Positions 8,786 to 17,798 of a DNA stretch of 24,220 bases are shown here, piece after piece; positions within the stretch are counted from its first letter, which is position 1, and each line of letters opens with the position of its first letter. Location of the stretch: IMG/VR virus record IMGVR_UViG_3300017548_000018, positions 1-24,220 of that record. One strand, written 5' to 3'. This stretch comes from a virus. Taxonomy: Duplodnaviria > Caudoviricetes. The position numbers and the translations under genes were made by a program. The notes beneath the pieces were generated by a model, which had not been told where the DNA came from, searched no databases, and saw only the letters and a list, made by a program, of their open reading frames with translations.

Positions 8786-9226
8786 ATGATCGAGTTTGAT
8801 GTCGCCGGCAAGCAGTACCGCGCCGGTAAGTTGGACGTGTTCCAGCAATTTCACGTTCAGCGGAAAGTTGCTCCGCTCATTCCACCGCTGATTCCCGTTT
8901 TCCTAAAGGTCCAGGCGATGCAGGGCGGCCTAACCAAGAATCTCGCCGCCCTTGGCGAGGTGCTGCAGCCCTTCGCCGAGAACATCGCGAGCCTGCCCGA
9001 CAAGGACGTCGAGTACGTGATCAGCACGTGCTTGTCCGTCGTGAAGCGCCAGCAGGGTGATCATTGGGCGCCGATCTGGAGCGCGTCAGCGAAGGCCTTG
9101 ATGTTCGATGACATGGATCTCGGCGGCGCCATGCAGATCGTGGTGCGCGTCATCCGTGACAGCCTCGGCCCTTTTATTCAAGGGCTGCTTACGAGCCAGC
9201 AGCCCGAGACAGCACCGACGGAGTGA
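8786..9226 (+). CDS. Tail assembly chaperone (lambda G-like)
   Basis: 146 aa between tube and tape measure genes. EF.V.GKQYRAGKLDVFQQFHV.RK motif. Slippery site near the 3' end. Confidence 0.85.
   Translation: MIEFDVAGKQYRAGKLDVFQQFHVQRKVAPLIPPLIPVFLKVQAMQGGLTKNLAALGEVLQPFAENIASLPDKDVEYVISTCLSVVKRQQGDHWAPIWSASAKALMFDDMDLGGAMQIVVRVIRDSLGPFIQGLLTSQQPETAPTE
9169..9175 (+). promoter_or_regulatory. Programmed -1 frameshift slippery heptamer C-CCT-TTT
   Basis: X-XXY-YYZ pattern in the correct phase. The -1 frame is open from here to TAA at 9402. Confidence 0.75.
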
Positions 9227-9402
9227 ACTGGCGTTCGCTTCCGGAAGGCGAGGATTGGTTGATGCATCCCGTCAATGCAGGAATGTGCCGCTACGAGTCG
9301 CTCAAGGATGGAACGCTCGACCTCGCCGATATCGCACGCATGAACGACTACCTCGCGATGCGCGCTGACAACGAGCACCTCGCTCAAGAACTCGCGGAGT
9401 AA
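9223..9402 (+). CDS. Tail chaperone T-like ORF (DUF6889-like), absent from the ORF track; probably the C-terminus of a G-T frameshift product
   Basis: Translates (M/V)NWRSLPEGEDWLMHPVNAGMCRYESLKDGTLDLADIARMNDYLAMRADNEHLAQELAE. Lies in the -1 frame relative to the upstream gene and fills the gap before the tape measure. Confidence 0.85.
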   Translation: MNWRSLPEGEDWLMHPVNAGMCRYESLKDGTLDLADIARMNDYLAMRADNEHLAQELAE

Positions 9403-9406
9403 CGTC

Positions 9407-11083
9407 GTGGCCGACAGTAGCGTTATTCGTGAGTTCCTGGTCGCGCTCGGATTCAAGACCGACAAGCCCGCCCTCGACCAGTTCGAAGGCGGGATCGAGA
9501 AAGCGACCAAGTCCGTCGTGCGCCTGGCGTCGGCGATCGAGGCGACAGCGCTTGCGGTTGCCGCCGGCGTGACGCGCATGTCCTCCAACTTGGAGGCGTT
9601 GTACTTCGCGAGCATCAAGACCAACGCATCCGCCGCGAATCTCAAGGCCTTCGACAGAGGCATGCAGAACCTCGGCACACAAGCTGGCGAGGCGCTGGAA
9701 TCAGTGCAGGGATTGACGCGGGCTATTCGTGAAAATCCCGGTGTTGAGGGCTTGCTCACAGGCCTGGGTGTCAGGACGCGCGGCGAACTGGGCGAACTCC
9801 GCGACACAACCGACCTGATCCTTGATCTCGGCGAGCGCTTCAGGAATATGCCGTACCACCTCGCGAACCAATACGCGGGCATGCTCGGCATCTCCGAAGA
9901 CACACTGCGCGCGATGCGTAGTGCGGGCTTCGAGGAAGAGATCGATCGCATGCGTAAGAACATGGAGGGCACCGACTGGACGAAGGCAACCGTCGACGCC
10001 CACGAATTCATGATGGAGATGCGCGACCTCACGACGGTCGTGGAAGCGTTCGGGCTGCAGATCTACGAAGCGCTCTCGCGGCGCCTCGGTCTCAGTGTTC
10101 ACGACCTTACCACTTGGCTTCAGACCAACGGGCCTGCGGTCGCCGATCGCGTCGCCGAGATCGCGCTGAAGGTGCTCGATGTCGCCGAGAAGATCGGGAA
10201 GTGGATCGCTTGGCTCGTCGGCAAATTCATCGAATGGGACGAGGCAACGGGCGGCTGGAGCACGCGCCTGCTCGGTCTACTTGTAGTGCTGAAGCTGTTC
10301 GGCGGCGCCGAAATCATCGGCGGAATCGTTGCGCTCACTGCGGCTTTCGGCCGGCTCGGCCTCGGCATTGCTGGAGCGGCAGGGAAAGCGGTCAGCTCTT
10401 TCAGTGTGCTTCTTGCGCAACTTGGTCTGATTGGCGGCGCCGGCGGCATTGGCGCAATCCTGGGATCGGCGATCTATGACAAGTTGTCAGTTAATGCGCA
10501 GGACAAGATCGGCAAGGCGGTGGCCGCGACACTGGCTTTCTTCGGCAACGACAACGCGAAAGAAGCTCTCGCGATCGATGATCCAATGACCTATCTGCGC
10601 CTGGCTGGCTGGAAGTCGCACGAAGCCGCCGGCATCCTGGCGAACCTACAAGACGAGAGCGCGATGAATCCGCGCGCCGTTGGCGACGGTGGCAAGGCTT
10701 ACGGCTTGGCGCAGTGGCATCCGGATCGGCAGGAAGCTTTCAGCAAGTGGGCCGGCAAGGATATCCGCAGCTCGACCACGGCCGAGCAGCTCGACTTCCT
10801 CACTTACGAACTGACACGCGGCGCAGAGCGGCGTGCGGGCGATCTGCTGCGCGCAGCGACCAACGCCCGGCAAGCCGGTGAGATCGTGTCTCGCTACTAC
10901 GAGCGGCCGCGGGACGCCGATCGTGAAGCGCGCGAACGCGGTCAGTTAGCGGTGCACATCAGCCAAGAGAACAATTTCACGATCAGCAGCACCGATCCGC
11001 AGGGTGCCGGTCGTGAAGTCGACCGTTCACGTGATCGCGCCAACGCCGAACTCGTGCGCAACTTGCAGGTAGCGGTGCAGTAA
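9407..11083 (+). CDS. Tape measure protein with C-terminal tail-tip lysozyme-like domain
   Basis: IREFLVALGF start, helical body, Gly/hydrophobic segment, then AAGILANLQDES.MNP.A.GD.G.AYGLAQW...R (lysozyme-like, catalytic Glu in 'ES'). Confidence 0.9.
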   Translation: MADSSVIREFLVALGFKTDKPALDQFEGGIEKATKSVVRLASAIEATALAVAAGVTRMSSNLEALYFASIKTNASAANLKAFDRGMQNLGTQAGEALESVQGLTRAIRENPGVEGLLTGLGVRTRGELGELRDTTDLILDLGERFRNMPYHLANQYAGMLGISEDTLRAMRSAGFEEEIDRMRKNMEGTDWTKATVDAHEFMMEMRDLTTVVEAFGLQIYEALSRRLGLSVHDLTTWLQTNGPAVADRVAEIALKVLDVAEKIGKWIAWLVGKFIEWDEATGGWSTRLLGLLVVLKLFGGAEIIGGIVALTAAFGRLGLGIAGAAGKAVSSFSVLLAQLGLIGGAGGIGAILGSAIYDKLSVNAQDKIGKAVAATLAFFGNDNAKEALAIDDPMTYLRLAGWKSHEAAGILANLQDESAMNPRAVGDGGKAYGLAQWHPDRQEAFSKWAGKDIRSSTTAEQLDFLTYELTRGAERRAGDLLRAATNARQAGEIVSRYYERPRDADREARERGQLAVHISQENNFTISSTDPQGAGREVDRSRDRANAELVRNLQVAVQ

Positions 11084-11706
11084 TGGCCGCCAACATGGAA
11101 GAGGTGCTGGTCACCGCGAGAACATTCCCGAACGTGCTGGCGATGCCAGTCTCCGGCAAGTTCGGCGACCTCGAGGTGCAGACCACCGTAGAGGCCGTCC
11201 ACACGGACCGGCTCACGAAGACGAAGCACCCCGTCGAGGCTGGCGCGTCGATAACCGATCACGCGTACAAGGAGCCCGCCGAGGTTGTTATTCGCTGCGG
11301 CTGGAGCAACGCGAGCCTCAAGGCGCTGCTCGGGATCGTCACGGGCTTCTTCCGTGGCGGCACGATGTCGAAGAGCGATTACGTCTCCGGCATCTACTCG
11401 CAGCTGCTCAAGCTGCAGGAGTCGCGCGAGCCGATCGCGATCGCGACGCCGCTGAGGCAGTACGAAAACATGCTGATCACATCGCTGCAGGCCACGCGCG
11501 ATCCGAAGACGTCGCAGGTGCTCTCGGTGCTCGCGACGTGCGAGGAACTCCTGATCGTGAGCACGCGCTCCGCGACGTTGCCCCCGAAGGAAAGTCAGGC
11601 GGACCCGGCGAGCACGGCCGAGGTCGAGAACGTCGGCCCTCAGCAGGTCATCGAGAGTACTCCGGCGCCAGGCGGCGCTGTGCCGCCGAATGAGTGGACC
11701 AACTGA
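11083..11706 (+). CDS. Baseplate / tail tube initiator (Dit-like) protein
   Basis: H.D.L..TKHPVE.GA.ITDHAYKEP, Y.QLL.LQ..REP....T..RQYENMLI.SL motifs. TAATG coupling. Confidence 0.8.
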   Translation: MAANMEEVLVTARTFPNVLAMPVSGKFGDLEVQTTVEAVHTDRLTKTKHPVEAGASITDHAYKEPAEVVIRCGWSNASLKALLGIVTGFFRGGTMSKSDYVSGIYSQLLKLQESREPIAIATPLRQYENMLITSLQATRDPKTSQVLSVLATCEELLIVSTRSATLPPKESQADPASTAEVENVGPQQVIESTPAPGGAVPPNEWTN

Positions 11707-12023
11707 TGGCGTCCTACTTTCGCATTCCGTTCGCTGTCGGGCAGCCGCAGCGACTCACGGTCACGCTCGGGCAGGTTGAGTATCAGCTGACGCTGCGATA
11801 TCTCAACGTCGACGAGGGTGGCTGGATCCTTGATATCGCTGACGCGATCGGCAAGCCGATCGTGCTCGGGATTCCGGTGGTCACTGGCGCCGATCTGCTG
11901 GCGCAATACAAACATCTCGGCTTCGCCGGGCGGCTCTGGGTGCAGACGCTGTCGGATCCCGACGCCGTGCCGACCTTTGAGAATCTCGGCGCCGATGGCG
12001 TGCTGTGGTGGGTCACTGAATGA
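11706..12023 (+). CDS. Baseplate plug-like protein
   Basis: 105 aa from ATG 11706 (TGATG). GWILDI.D..G.PIV.GIP.VTGADLLAQY.HLG, PTFENLG. Confidence 0.8.
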   Translation: MASYFRIPFAVGQPQRLTVTLGQVEYQLTLRYLNVDEGGWILDIADAIGKPIVLGIPVVTGADLLAQYKHLGFAGRLWVQTLSDPDAVPTFENLGADGVLWWVTE

Positions 12024-12985
12024 GCGTGCAGCAGTATCGCCGCAAGTTCAGCCTGATCATCGGCGACAACGCCGGCGGCGCGGGCTTGGACCTGTCCGAC
12101 TTCCGTGTGACCTTTCGAGTCAAGCGGGGCGACTATCAGACGCCGAACTCGGCCGACGTGCGCATCTATAACGTCGCCGATCGGACGGCCAACAGGATCC
12201 GAAACGAATTCACGCGCGTCGCCCTACAGGCGGGATACGAGGGCAACTATGGCCTGATCTTCGATGGCGTGATCAAGCAGGCACGTCGCGGCCGCGTCGA
12301 CGCGAAGGACTCATACATCGACATCACAGCGGCGGACGGTGATCAGGCTTACAACTATTCGACGATTGCGTTGTCGCTCGCAGCGGGCAACCGGCCCGAC
12401 GACGCCGTGCAGGCCTTCGTCAAGTCGATGGCGGCGCAGGGCATCAGCCAAGGCTACACGCCGGAACTTTCGCAGAATGGCAGCGCGCGCGGCCGTGTGT
12501 TCTACGGCCTCACACGCGACGAGCTGCGCGAGTGGGCTGAAGTGGAGGATGTGCTGTGGAGCATCCAGGACGGCAAGCTGACGCTCATCCCGAAGACGTC
12601 GTACATCCCAGGCGAAGTGCCGGTGATCTCTTCGGCCACCGGCCTGGTCGGTGTGCCGGAGCAGACGGCGAACGGCATCGAAATGCGCACGCTGCTGAAC
12701 CCGGCGCTCAAGATTGGGCAAGTGGTGAAGCTCGACAGCACCATCAATCTGCATCGCTATGGCCTCGACGTGCGATCGCAGGCAACGAGTGAATTCCAAC
12801 GGCAGCAGATCAAAACGAATGCCGACGGCCTCTATTACGTGATGATCGGGGACTACATCGGCGACACGCGCGGAAACGATTGGTTCAGCGATCTGATCTG
12901 CCTCGCGGTTGATGCCACTGTGCCGCCGGCGATGGCGCCACGCGCGGCGATCGCGCCCGAAGCCGCAAGCATCAAACGGTACTGA
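12020..12985 (+). CDS. Baseplate hub protein
   Basis: DLSDFRV.F.V, TPNSA.VRIYN, LQAGYEGNYG.IF.G, WSIQDG, TGLVG.PEQT.NGI...LLNP, GDTRGNDW. Confidence 0.85.
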   Translation: MSVQQYRRKFSLIIGDNAGGAGLDLSDFRVTFRVKRGDYQTPNSADVRIYNVADRTANRIRNEFTRVALQAGYEGNYGLIFDGVIKQARRGRVDAKDSYIDITAADGDQAYNYSTIALSLAAGNRPDDAVQAFVKSMAAQGISQGYTPELSQNGSARGRVFYGLTRDELREWAEVEDVLWSIQDGKLTLIPKTSYIPGEVPVISSATGLVGVPEQTANGIEMRTLLNPALKIGQVVKLDSTINLHRYGLDVRSQATSEFQRQQIKTNADGLYYVMIGDYIGDTRGNDWFSDLICLAVDATVPPAMAPRAAIAPEAASIKRY

Positions 12986-12986
12986 C

Positions 12987-13667
12987 ATGGATCGACGTGA
13001 ACGATTCAGCACCGACGAAGAGGTGCTGCGGATTGCTATGCGCGCGCTTCAGGCGCGCCTCTGGACGGCATTGCCCGGGATCGTCGAGCGCTTCGATGCG
13101 GCTCGAATGACCGTCGACGTGCAACCGGCGATAAATGGGCGTGCTCGTTCCGAGTCGGGCGAGACATCGAGCGTACAGATGCCGATGTTGCTCGACTGCC
13201 CGGTGCAGTGGATTGGTGGGGGCGGCGCGACTTTCACGTTCCCGATCGCCAAGGGCGACGAGTGTCTCGTCGTGTTTTCGTCCCGCTGCATCGATGGCTG
13301 GTGGGCTAACGGCGGCGTGCAGGACTCGCGCGACATCCGCATGCACAACCTGTCGGACGGCTTCGCGCTGGTCGGGGTGCGATCGCTGCCGCGAGCCTTC
13401 AACGTGAATACATCGGCCGCCGAACTCCGCTCCGACGACGGCTCGACGTTCGTGCAGCTCGATCCGGCCGGGCAACTCGTCAAGGTCGCGGCGCCGGGTG
13501 GGATCGATCTGAACGGCGTGACGATCGACTCCTCGGGCAACGTGCAGACGCCTGCACGGGTCACCGCGGGCACCGACGTCGTCGCTGCAGGTGTGAGTTT
13601 GGTGAACCACCCGCACAGAAACGTCCAGCCTGGCACAGGCCAGAGCGGGACGCCTATCGCGAGTTAA
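12987..13667 (+). CDS. Central baseplate spike (Gp138-like)
   Basis: WTALPGIV..FD, TFPI.KGDECLVVFSSRCIDGWW, RMHNLSDGFA, and C-terminal H-x-H (NHPH) metal-binding tip. Confidence 0.9.
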   Translation: MDRRERFSTDEEVLRIAMRALQARLWTALPGIVERFDAARMTVDVQPAINGRARSESGETSSVQMPMLLDCPVQWIGGGGATFTFPIAKGDECLVVFSSRCIDGWWANGGVQDSRDIRMHNLSDGFALVGVRSLPRAFNVNTSAAELRSDDGSTFVQLDPAGQLVKVAAPGGIDLNGVTIDSSGNVQTPARVTAGTDVVAAGVSLVNHPHRNVQPGTGQSGTPIAS

Positions 13668-13670
13668 TCC

Positions 13671-14018
13671 ATGCGCTATCGAAAGCTCGACGCCAATGGC
13701 GATTACACCTTCGGGACCGGTGACGACTTCCACACCAACACGCCGGAGACGGTCGCACAGGCGATCAAGACGCGCCTCAAGCTGTGGAAGGGAGAGAGCT
13801 TCCACGACCTGGACGATGGCACGCCGTACCGCGAGGCAGTGCTCGACAAAAGCCGCAACCCGGATGTGGCAATCAAGCAGCGGATCCTCGGCACGCCTGG
13901 CGTGAGCGAGCTGCAGACCTTTGCTAGCACGTACGACGGCAACAGGCGCCGGCTGGTCGTAAGTGCGCGAGTGCAAACGATCTACGGTGCCGTGGACATC
14001 AACGAGACCTTGGAATGA
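13671..14018 (+). CDS. Baseplate wedge / sheath initiator protein
   Basis: MRYRKLDANGDYTFG, AQAIKTRL.LW.GE.F.D..DGTPY, RILGTPGV, TIYG. Confidence 0.85.
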   Translation: MRYRKLDANGDYTFGTGDDFHTNTPETVAQAIKTRLKLWKGESFHDLDDGTPYREAVLDKSRNPDVAIKQRILGTPGVSELQTFASTYDGNRRRLVVSARVQTIYGAVDINETLE

Positions 14019-15193
14019 CTTCACCGATCGCGCCTTACATCACGCCGGCCGGCATCGTGGTGCATGACTACGCCACGTGCCTCGCCTGGCTGCAGGGCCA
14101 ATACCGCTCGATCTACGGCCAGGACATCTATCTGGGTAACGACTCCCAGGATGGGCAATGGATCGAGATCCAGGCACGCGCGTTCGCCGATCTGAATGCC
14201 GCCGCGGCCGCGGTTTACAACGCGTACTCGCCGGCGACGGCGCAGGGCAATGGGCTGAGCAGCGGGGTCAAGATCAATGGCCTGAAGAGGCGCGTGCCTT
14301 CGGCGTCGACCTGCGATGTGACGATCGTCGGCGAGGCCGGCATCACCATCACCAACGGCCAGGTGACTGACGCTAGCAATCGCAACACGTGGCTGCTGCC
14401 CGCCTCGGTCGAGATTCCCGCATCGGGCGAGATCACGGTCACAGCAACGTGCTCGACGCGCGGCGCGATCACCGCTGCTCCGGGCACGCTCACGCGCATC
14501 AAGACGGCCGTGCGCGGCTGGCAGACGGTGACCAATTACGCTGCCGCCGTTCCTGGCCAGCCTGTGGAGCTCGATGCGGCGTTACGCGTGCGTCAGTCTC
14601 GATCGGTAGCGGCACCTTCGACGAGTATTCTCGACGGCGTGCTGGCGTCCATTGCTGACCTTGCTGGGGTCACGCGCCTGCGGGGATATGAGAACAACAC
14701 GAACGCCACGGACGCGAATGGCATCCCCGCCAAGAACGTGGCTATCTTTGTTGAGGGCGGCGATATCGCGGCGATCGCAGCGGCGATCGCGTTGAAGATG
14801 ACGCCGGGCACGTCGATGCTCGGCGCGATTACGAGGACGGTAGTGAGCCCAAAAAGATCGTCGCGAGTGGTGGCTTTCGCTCGTCCGACACCGGCTCAGG
14901 TCCACGTCGCTCTGACGCTCGAGGCTCTCGTCGGCTGGAACGTGAGCACCGAGCCGCTCATCGCGCGAGCGCTTGCCGACTACGCCAACACGCTGGCGAT
15001 CGGCGAAGGTGTGAGCTATTTCGATCTCGCCGAGCCGGCCAAGCTTCTGGGCAGTCCCTACGCGAAGACGTTCAAGCTCAAGGCGATGACCATCGCCAAG
15101 AATGCCGGTGCGCCGGGCACCTCGGACCTGGCGCTCGCATACAACGAGATGCCAGTCGTCGACGTTGCGAACGTGACCTTCACGGTGAGTTGA
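14015..15193 (+). CDS. Baseplate J-like wedge protein
   Basis: IYG.DIYL.NDSQDGQW, YSP.TAQG.GLS..VKINGL.R, E.DA.LR.RQ..SVA, YEN.T..TDANGIP, VEGGD. Confidence 0.9.
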   Translation: MTSPIAPYITPAGIVVHDYATCLAWLQGQYRSIYGQDIYLGNDSQDGQWIEIQARAFADLNAAAAAVYNAYSPATAQGNGLSSGVKINGLKRRVPSASTCDVTIVGEAGITITNGQVTDASNRNTWLLPASVEIPASGEITVTATCSTRGAITAAPGTLTRIKTAVRGWQTVTNYAAAVPGQPVELDAALRVRQSRSVAAPSTSILDGVLASIADLAGVTRLRGYENNTNATDANGIPAKNVAIFVEGGDIAAIAAAIALKMTPGTSMLGAITRTVVSPKRSSRVVAFARPTPAQVHVALTLEALVGWNVSTEPLIARALADYANTLAIGEGVSYFDLAEPAKLLGSPYAKTFKLKAMTIAKNAGAPGTSDLALAYNEMPVVDVANVTFTVS

Positions 15194-15194
15194 G

Positions 15195-15839
15195 ATGACG
15201 ATGGACTACACGTCGCTCATCACCAGCCAGCATCGTGACAAGCCCAAGTTCGTCGCGATGGTGCGCGAGATCGCTGGCGCCGTTGGCGATATCACAGCAG
15301 CGATCCAGTCGTTGCCGCAGACGTTCGACATTGATGACGCGGTCGGGAAGCAGCTCGACCACGTCGGCGAATGGGTTGGCCAGTCGCGCGTCGTTGCGGG
15401 TGTGCTGGAGTTCGGCTATTTCGGTTTCTCCGACAACCTGGTGGCCGAGCCATTCGGCGAGGAAGGCAATCCATCGATCGGCGGTCGCTTCTACGAAGAA
15501 GGCGAAGAGTTCACCAGGACCGCGGTACTCGCCGATCCTGAGTATCGGCTGGTGCTCAAGGCCCGGGTCATCCGCAATCACTACCAGGGCCGCACCGACG
15601 AGATCGAGGACGCCCTGCAGCTCATCTTCGGCGTTCCTGGCTTCGTGCGTGACGACGGCACGATGAACCTCGACATCGTGATCAACGGCCCGATCTCGCT
15701 CGTCGGCCAGTCACTGCTGACCAACTTCGACATCCTGCCGCGCCCGGCCGGCGTAGCCATCAGATCGATCATCTACACCGACATGGCGGCGCAGGCCTTC
15801 GGCATCGCGTCCTCAAGCGCGACGCTGCCACCTACCTGA
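15195..15839 (+). CDS. Baseplate wedge protein (DUF2612-like, P2 gpI analogue)
   Basis: Y..LITSQH.DKPKF, FDID.AVG.QLD.VG.WVG.SR, YR..LKA.VI.NH, LPRPAGV. Confidence 0.88.
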   Translation: MTMDYTSLITSQHRDKPKFVAMVREIAGAVGDITAAIQSLPQTFDIDDAVGKQLDHVGEWVGQSRVVAGVLEFGYFGFSDNLVAEPFGEEGNPSIGGRFYEEGEEFTRTAVLADPEYRLVLKARVIRNHYQGRTDEIEDALQLIFGVPGFVRDDGTMNLDIVINGPISLVGQSLLTNFDILPRPAGVAIRSIIYTDMAAQAFGIASSSATLPPT

Positions 15840-15849
15840 CGGAGTTTTC

Positions 15850-16968
15850 ATGGCGATTACAAAACCACCGGTTCTGCCGCCGTGGGCGGATACGGCTGCG
15901 CCCGGAACAGACATCGTGCAGCCGACCAACGAGCAGATCACTGCAGGATGGCAGCAGAGCACGACGCCGCCGAGTCGGCAGCGCTTCAACTGGCTCTTCA
16001 ACTTCTGCACGAATGCCGTGCGCTACTTCAGCCGCCGGGGCATCGTCGACTGGGATCCGGCTGAAACATACATGGCCGACGATATCGTTCGCGGCGACAA
16101 CGGCCGGCTCTATCGCTCGCTCCAGAACAACAACACGAACCGATTACCGAGTGCTGTGCTATCGGCCTGGTGGGGTTCGATCGAAACGGTCACGCCGGCG
16201 AGCGGCGATAACAGCAATAAGATCGCGACGACTGCCTACGTGCAGGCGAGCATCACGGGCAAGGCCAACACGAGCGGCAACTATCCGGGCCTCACGGTTG
16301 GAAACGCAGCGCAGGCAGCGCAGGCCGCGATCGCCGCCTCGGCCAGCTCTGTTCCGTGGAGCGGTGTCACTGGCAGACCCACGACGGTCGCCGGCTACGG
16401 CATCACGGACGCGATCACAACAGCGAACATCGGGGCGCAGTCCGTGAGCTACGCGAACAGTGCTGGTCGAGCGCACCCGTATCGGTGGGACGGAACTCCG
16501 ATCTCGATCATTTGGAGTGGCCAAGGTGGGCAGCCGAACTGGCTGCTCGGCAGCAACGACGGGACCAACTTCTACGTCTACAACCCCGCAAACTTCAGCG
16601 TCTACCAGGCGAGCTACGCCACCTATTCGGCGACGCAACCGGTCGGCACAAGCAATACGTCGATTGCGACGACGCAATTCGCAAATCCAGCTCAGAGCCA
16701 GGGGACCATCGGCTACGCGAGGCTGCCTGGCGGGGTGATTCTCCAGTGGGGAATCTCCGGGGTAATCGGAAGCCATGGCGCTGCGCAAGTGCAGACTTTC
16801 CCGGTTGCTTTCCCGAATGCGTGTCGTTCGGTGCAGATCACTCGCATCGGCTCAGGCGGCGTCGCGCAGTCGGCCGACTACGTGAGCAACATGTCGGCTT
16901 CATCGTTCTGGTTGCACAACGCTGCCTCGATCAGCTGCACGTTCTATTGGTTCGCAATTGGATACTGA
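15850..16968 (+). CDS. Tail fibre protein
   Basis: N-terminal baseplate anchor (WA, GW...PPSRQ.FNW), fibre motifs DNSNKIATTAYV and WSGVTGRPTTVAGYGITDA, C-terminal GYARLPGGVILQWG...FPVAFPNAC...WFAIGY domain. Confidence 0.92.
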   Translation: MAITKPPVLPPWADTAAPGTDIVQPTNEQITAGWQQSTTPPSRQRFNWLFNFCTNAVRYFSRRGIVDWDPAETYMADDIVRGDNGRLYRSLQNNNTNRLPSAVLSAWWGSIETVTPASGDNSNKIATTAYVQASITGKANTSGNYPGLTVGNAAQAAQAAIAASASSVPWSGVTGRPTTVAGYGITDAITTANIGAQSVSYANSAGRAHPYRWDGTPISIIWSGQGGQPNWLLGSNDGTNFYVYNPANFSVYQASYATYSATQPVGTSNTSIATTQFANPAQSQGTIGYARLPGGVILQWGISGVIGSHGAAQVQTFPVAFPNACRSVQITRIGSGGVAQSADYVSNMSASSFWLHNAASISCTFYWFAIGY

Positions 16969-16977
16969 GGAAGCTGC

Positions 16978-17169
16978 ATGATCGTTTATTACAGTCGAGC
17001 GACTCGCGGGTTTTACACGCCGGACGTCCACGGCTCCGGGGTGCCATCTGATGCCGTCAGCATTTCCGAGGACGAGTGGCGTGCGCTGCTCGATGCGCAG
17101 TCGAAAGGAATGGAGATACAAGGCGACGAGACTGGCCGGCCGATGGCGGTCCACCCGGGGGCGGCATGA
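16978..17169 (+). CDS. Short tail fibre assembly chaperone
   Basis: YYS...GFY...VHG..VP.DAV.IS...W.ALL.AQ.KG..I..D..GRP matches the N-terminal part of fibre assembly proteins. SD GAGG. ATGA overlap with the next gene. Confidence 0.8.
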   Translation: MIVYYSRATRGFYTPDVHGSGVPSDAVSISEDEWRALLDAQSKGMEIQGDETGRPMAVHPGAA

Positions 17170-17363
17170 ACGGCGCGCGCTTGGCGGATGTGGCCGCGGC
17201 CAGCTCTTTCATTGGATGGCTTGCCAGTCTCGCAGTGAAGGCGCTGCCGATCATCCAATGCCTCGCCGGCGTGATCGCAATCGCGGCCGGCATTGCTGCT
17301 TACCGATATCACACAGCTGCCCGACGTAACTTGACGGTGCGCGACCATGGACGTGATGATTGA
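17166..17363 (+). CDS. Putative holin (small membrane protein)
   Basis: 65 aa from ATG 17166. One or two hydrophobic helices and a charged C-terminal tail. First gene of the lysis cassette. Confidence 0.65.
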   Translation: MNGARLADVAAASSFIGWLASLAVKALPIIQCLAGVIAIAAGIAAYRYHTAARRNLTVRDHGRDD

Positions 17364-17796
17364 TAGGTTTGCATACCTGCCGTTTTGCACACTGGGCTGG
17401 CTCACGTGCGCGTCGCTGCGCCTGGCTACGATCGAGCGACCTTGGCTTCCGAACCCACACGGGCCCGGCGGCAAGCCGAGCCTCTCATGCGTACCGGATG
17501 GCGAGTACAAGTTGATCCCGCACACATCGCAGCGGTTCCCAAACACGTATGCGCTGATCAGCGAACCCTTGGGTGTCTATTACCAGCAGCGCCCGGCCGG
17601 CCAGGCATGGGGGCGGACTGCGATCTTGATCCATGTGGGGAACTTCGTCGCTGATGTGATCGGCTGTATCGCAGTCGGCCTGCGACACGGCGCAGACTGT
17701 GTCACGAATAGTCGCGATGCCATGGATCAGCTCCGCGCGGCCCTCGGCAGAGAACAGCATGGCCTGACGATCAGGCCACAAGGCACCGGGAGATAA
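17347..17796 (+). CDS. DUF5675-like protein, candidate endolysin with L,D-transpeptidase-like His/Cys motif
   Basis: TLG.L, TIERPW, SCVPDGEY, R.AILIH.GN...D..GCIAVG, SR.AM..L. Located in the lysis cassette. Confidence 0.8.
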   Translation: MDVMIDRFAYLPFCTLGWLTCASLRLATIERPWLPNPHGPGGKPSLSCVPDGEYKLIPHTSQRFPNTYALISEPLGVYYQQRPAGQAWGRTAILIHVGNFVADVIGCIAVGLRHGADCVTNSRDAMDQLRAALGREQHGLTIRPQGTGR

Positions 17797-17798
17797 CA

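Noticed and set aside
1370-14024. Long antisense ORFs (1370-2677, 5889-6773, 7406-8854, 9178-10032, 12972-14024)
   Set aside because: Shadows of GC-rich + strand structural genes, with no recognisable motifs.
15850-17169. Diversity-generating retroelement or invertible tail fibre cassette
   Set aside because: No reverse transcriptase, invertase, template repeat or second fibre end was seen in the window.
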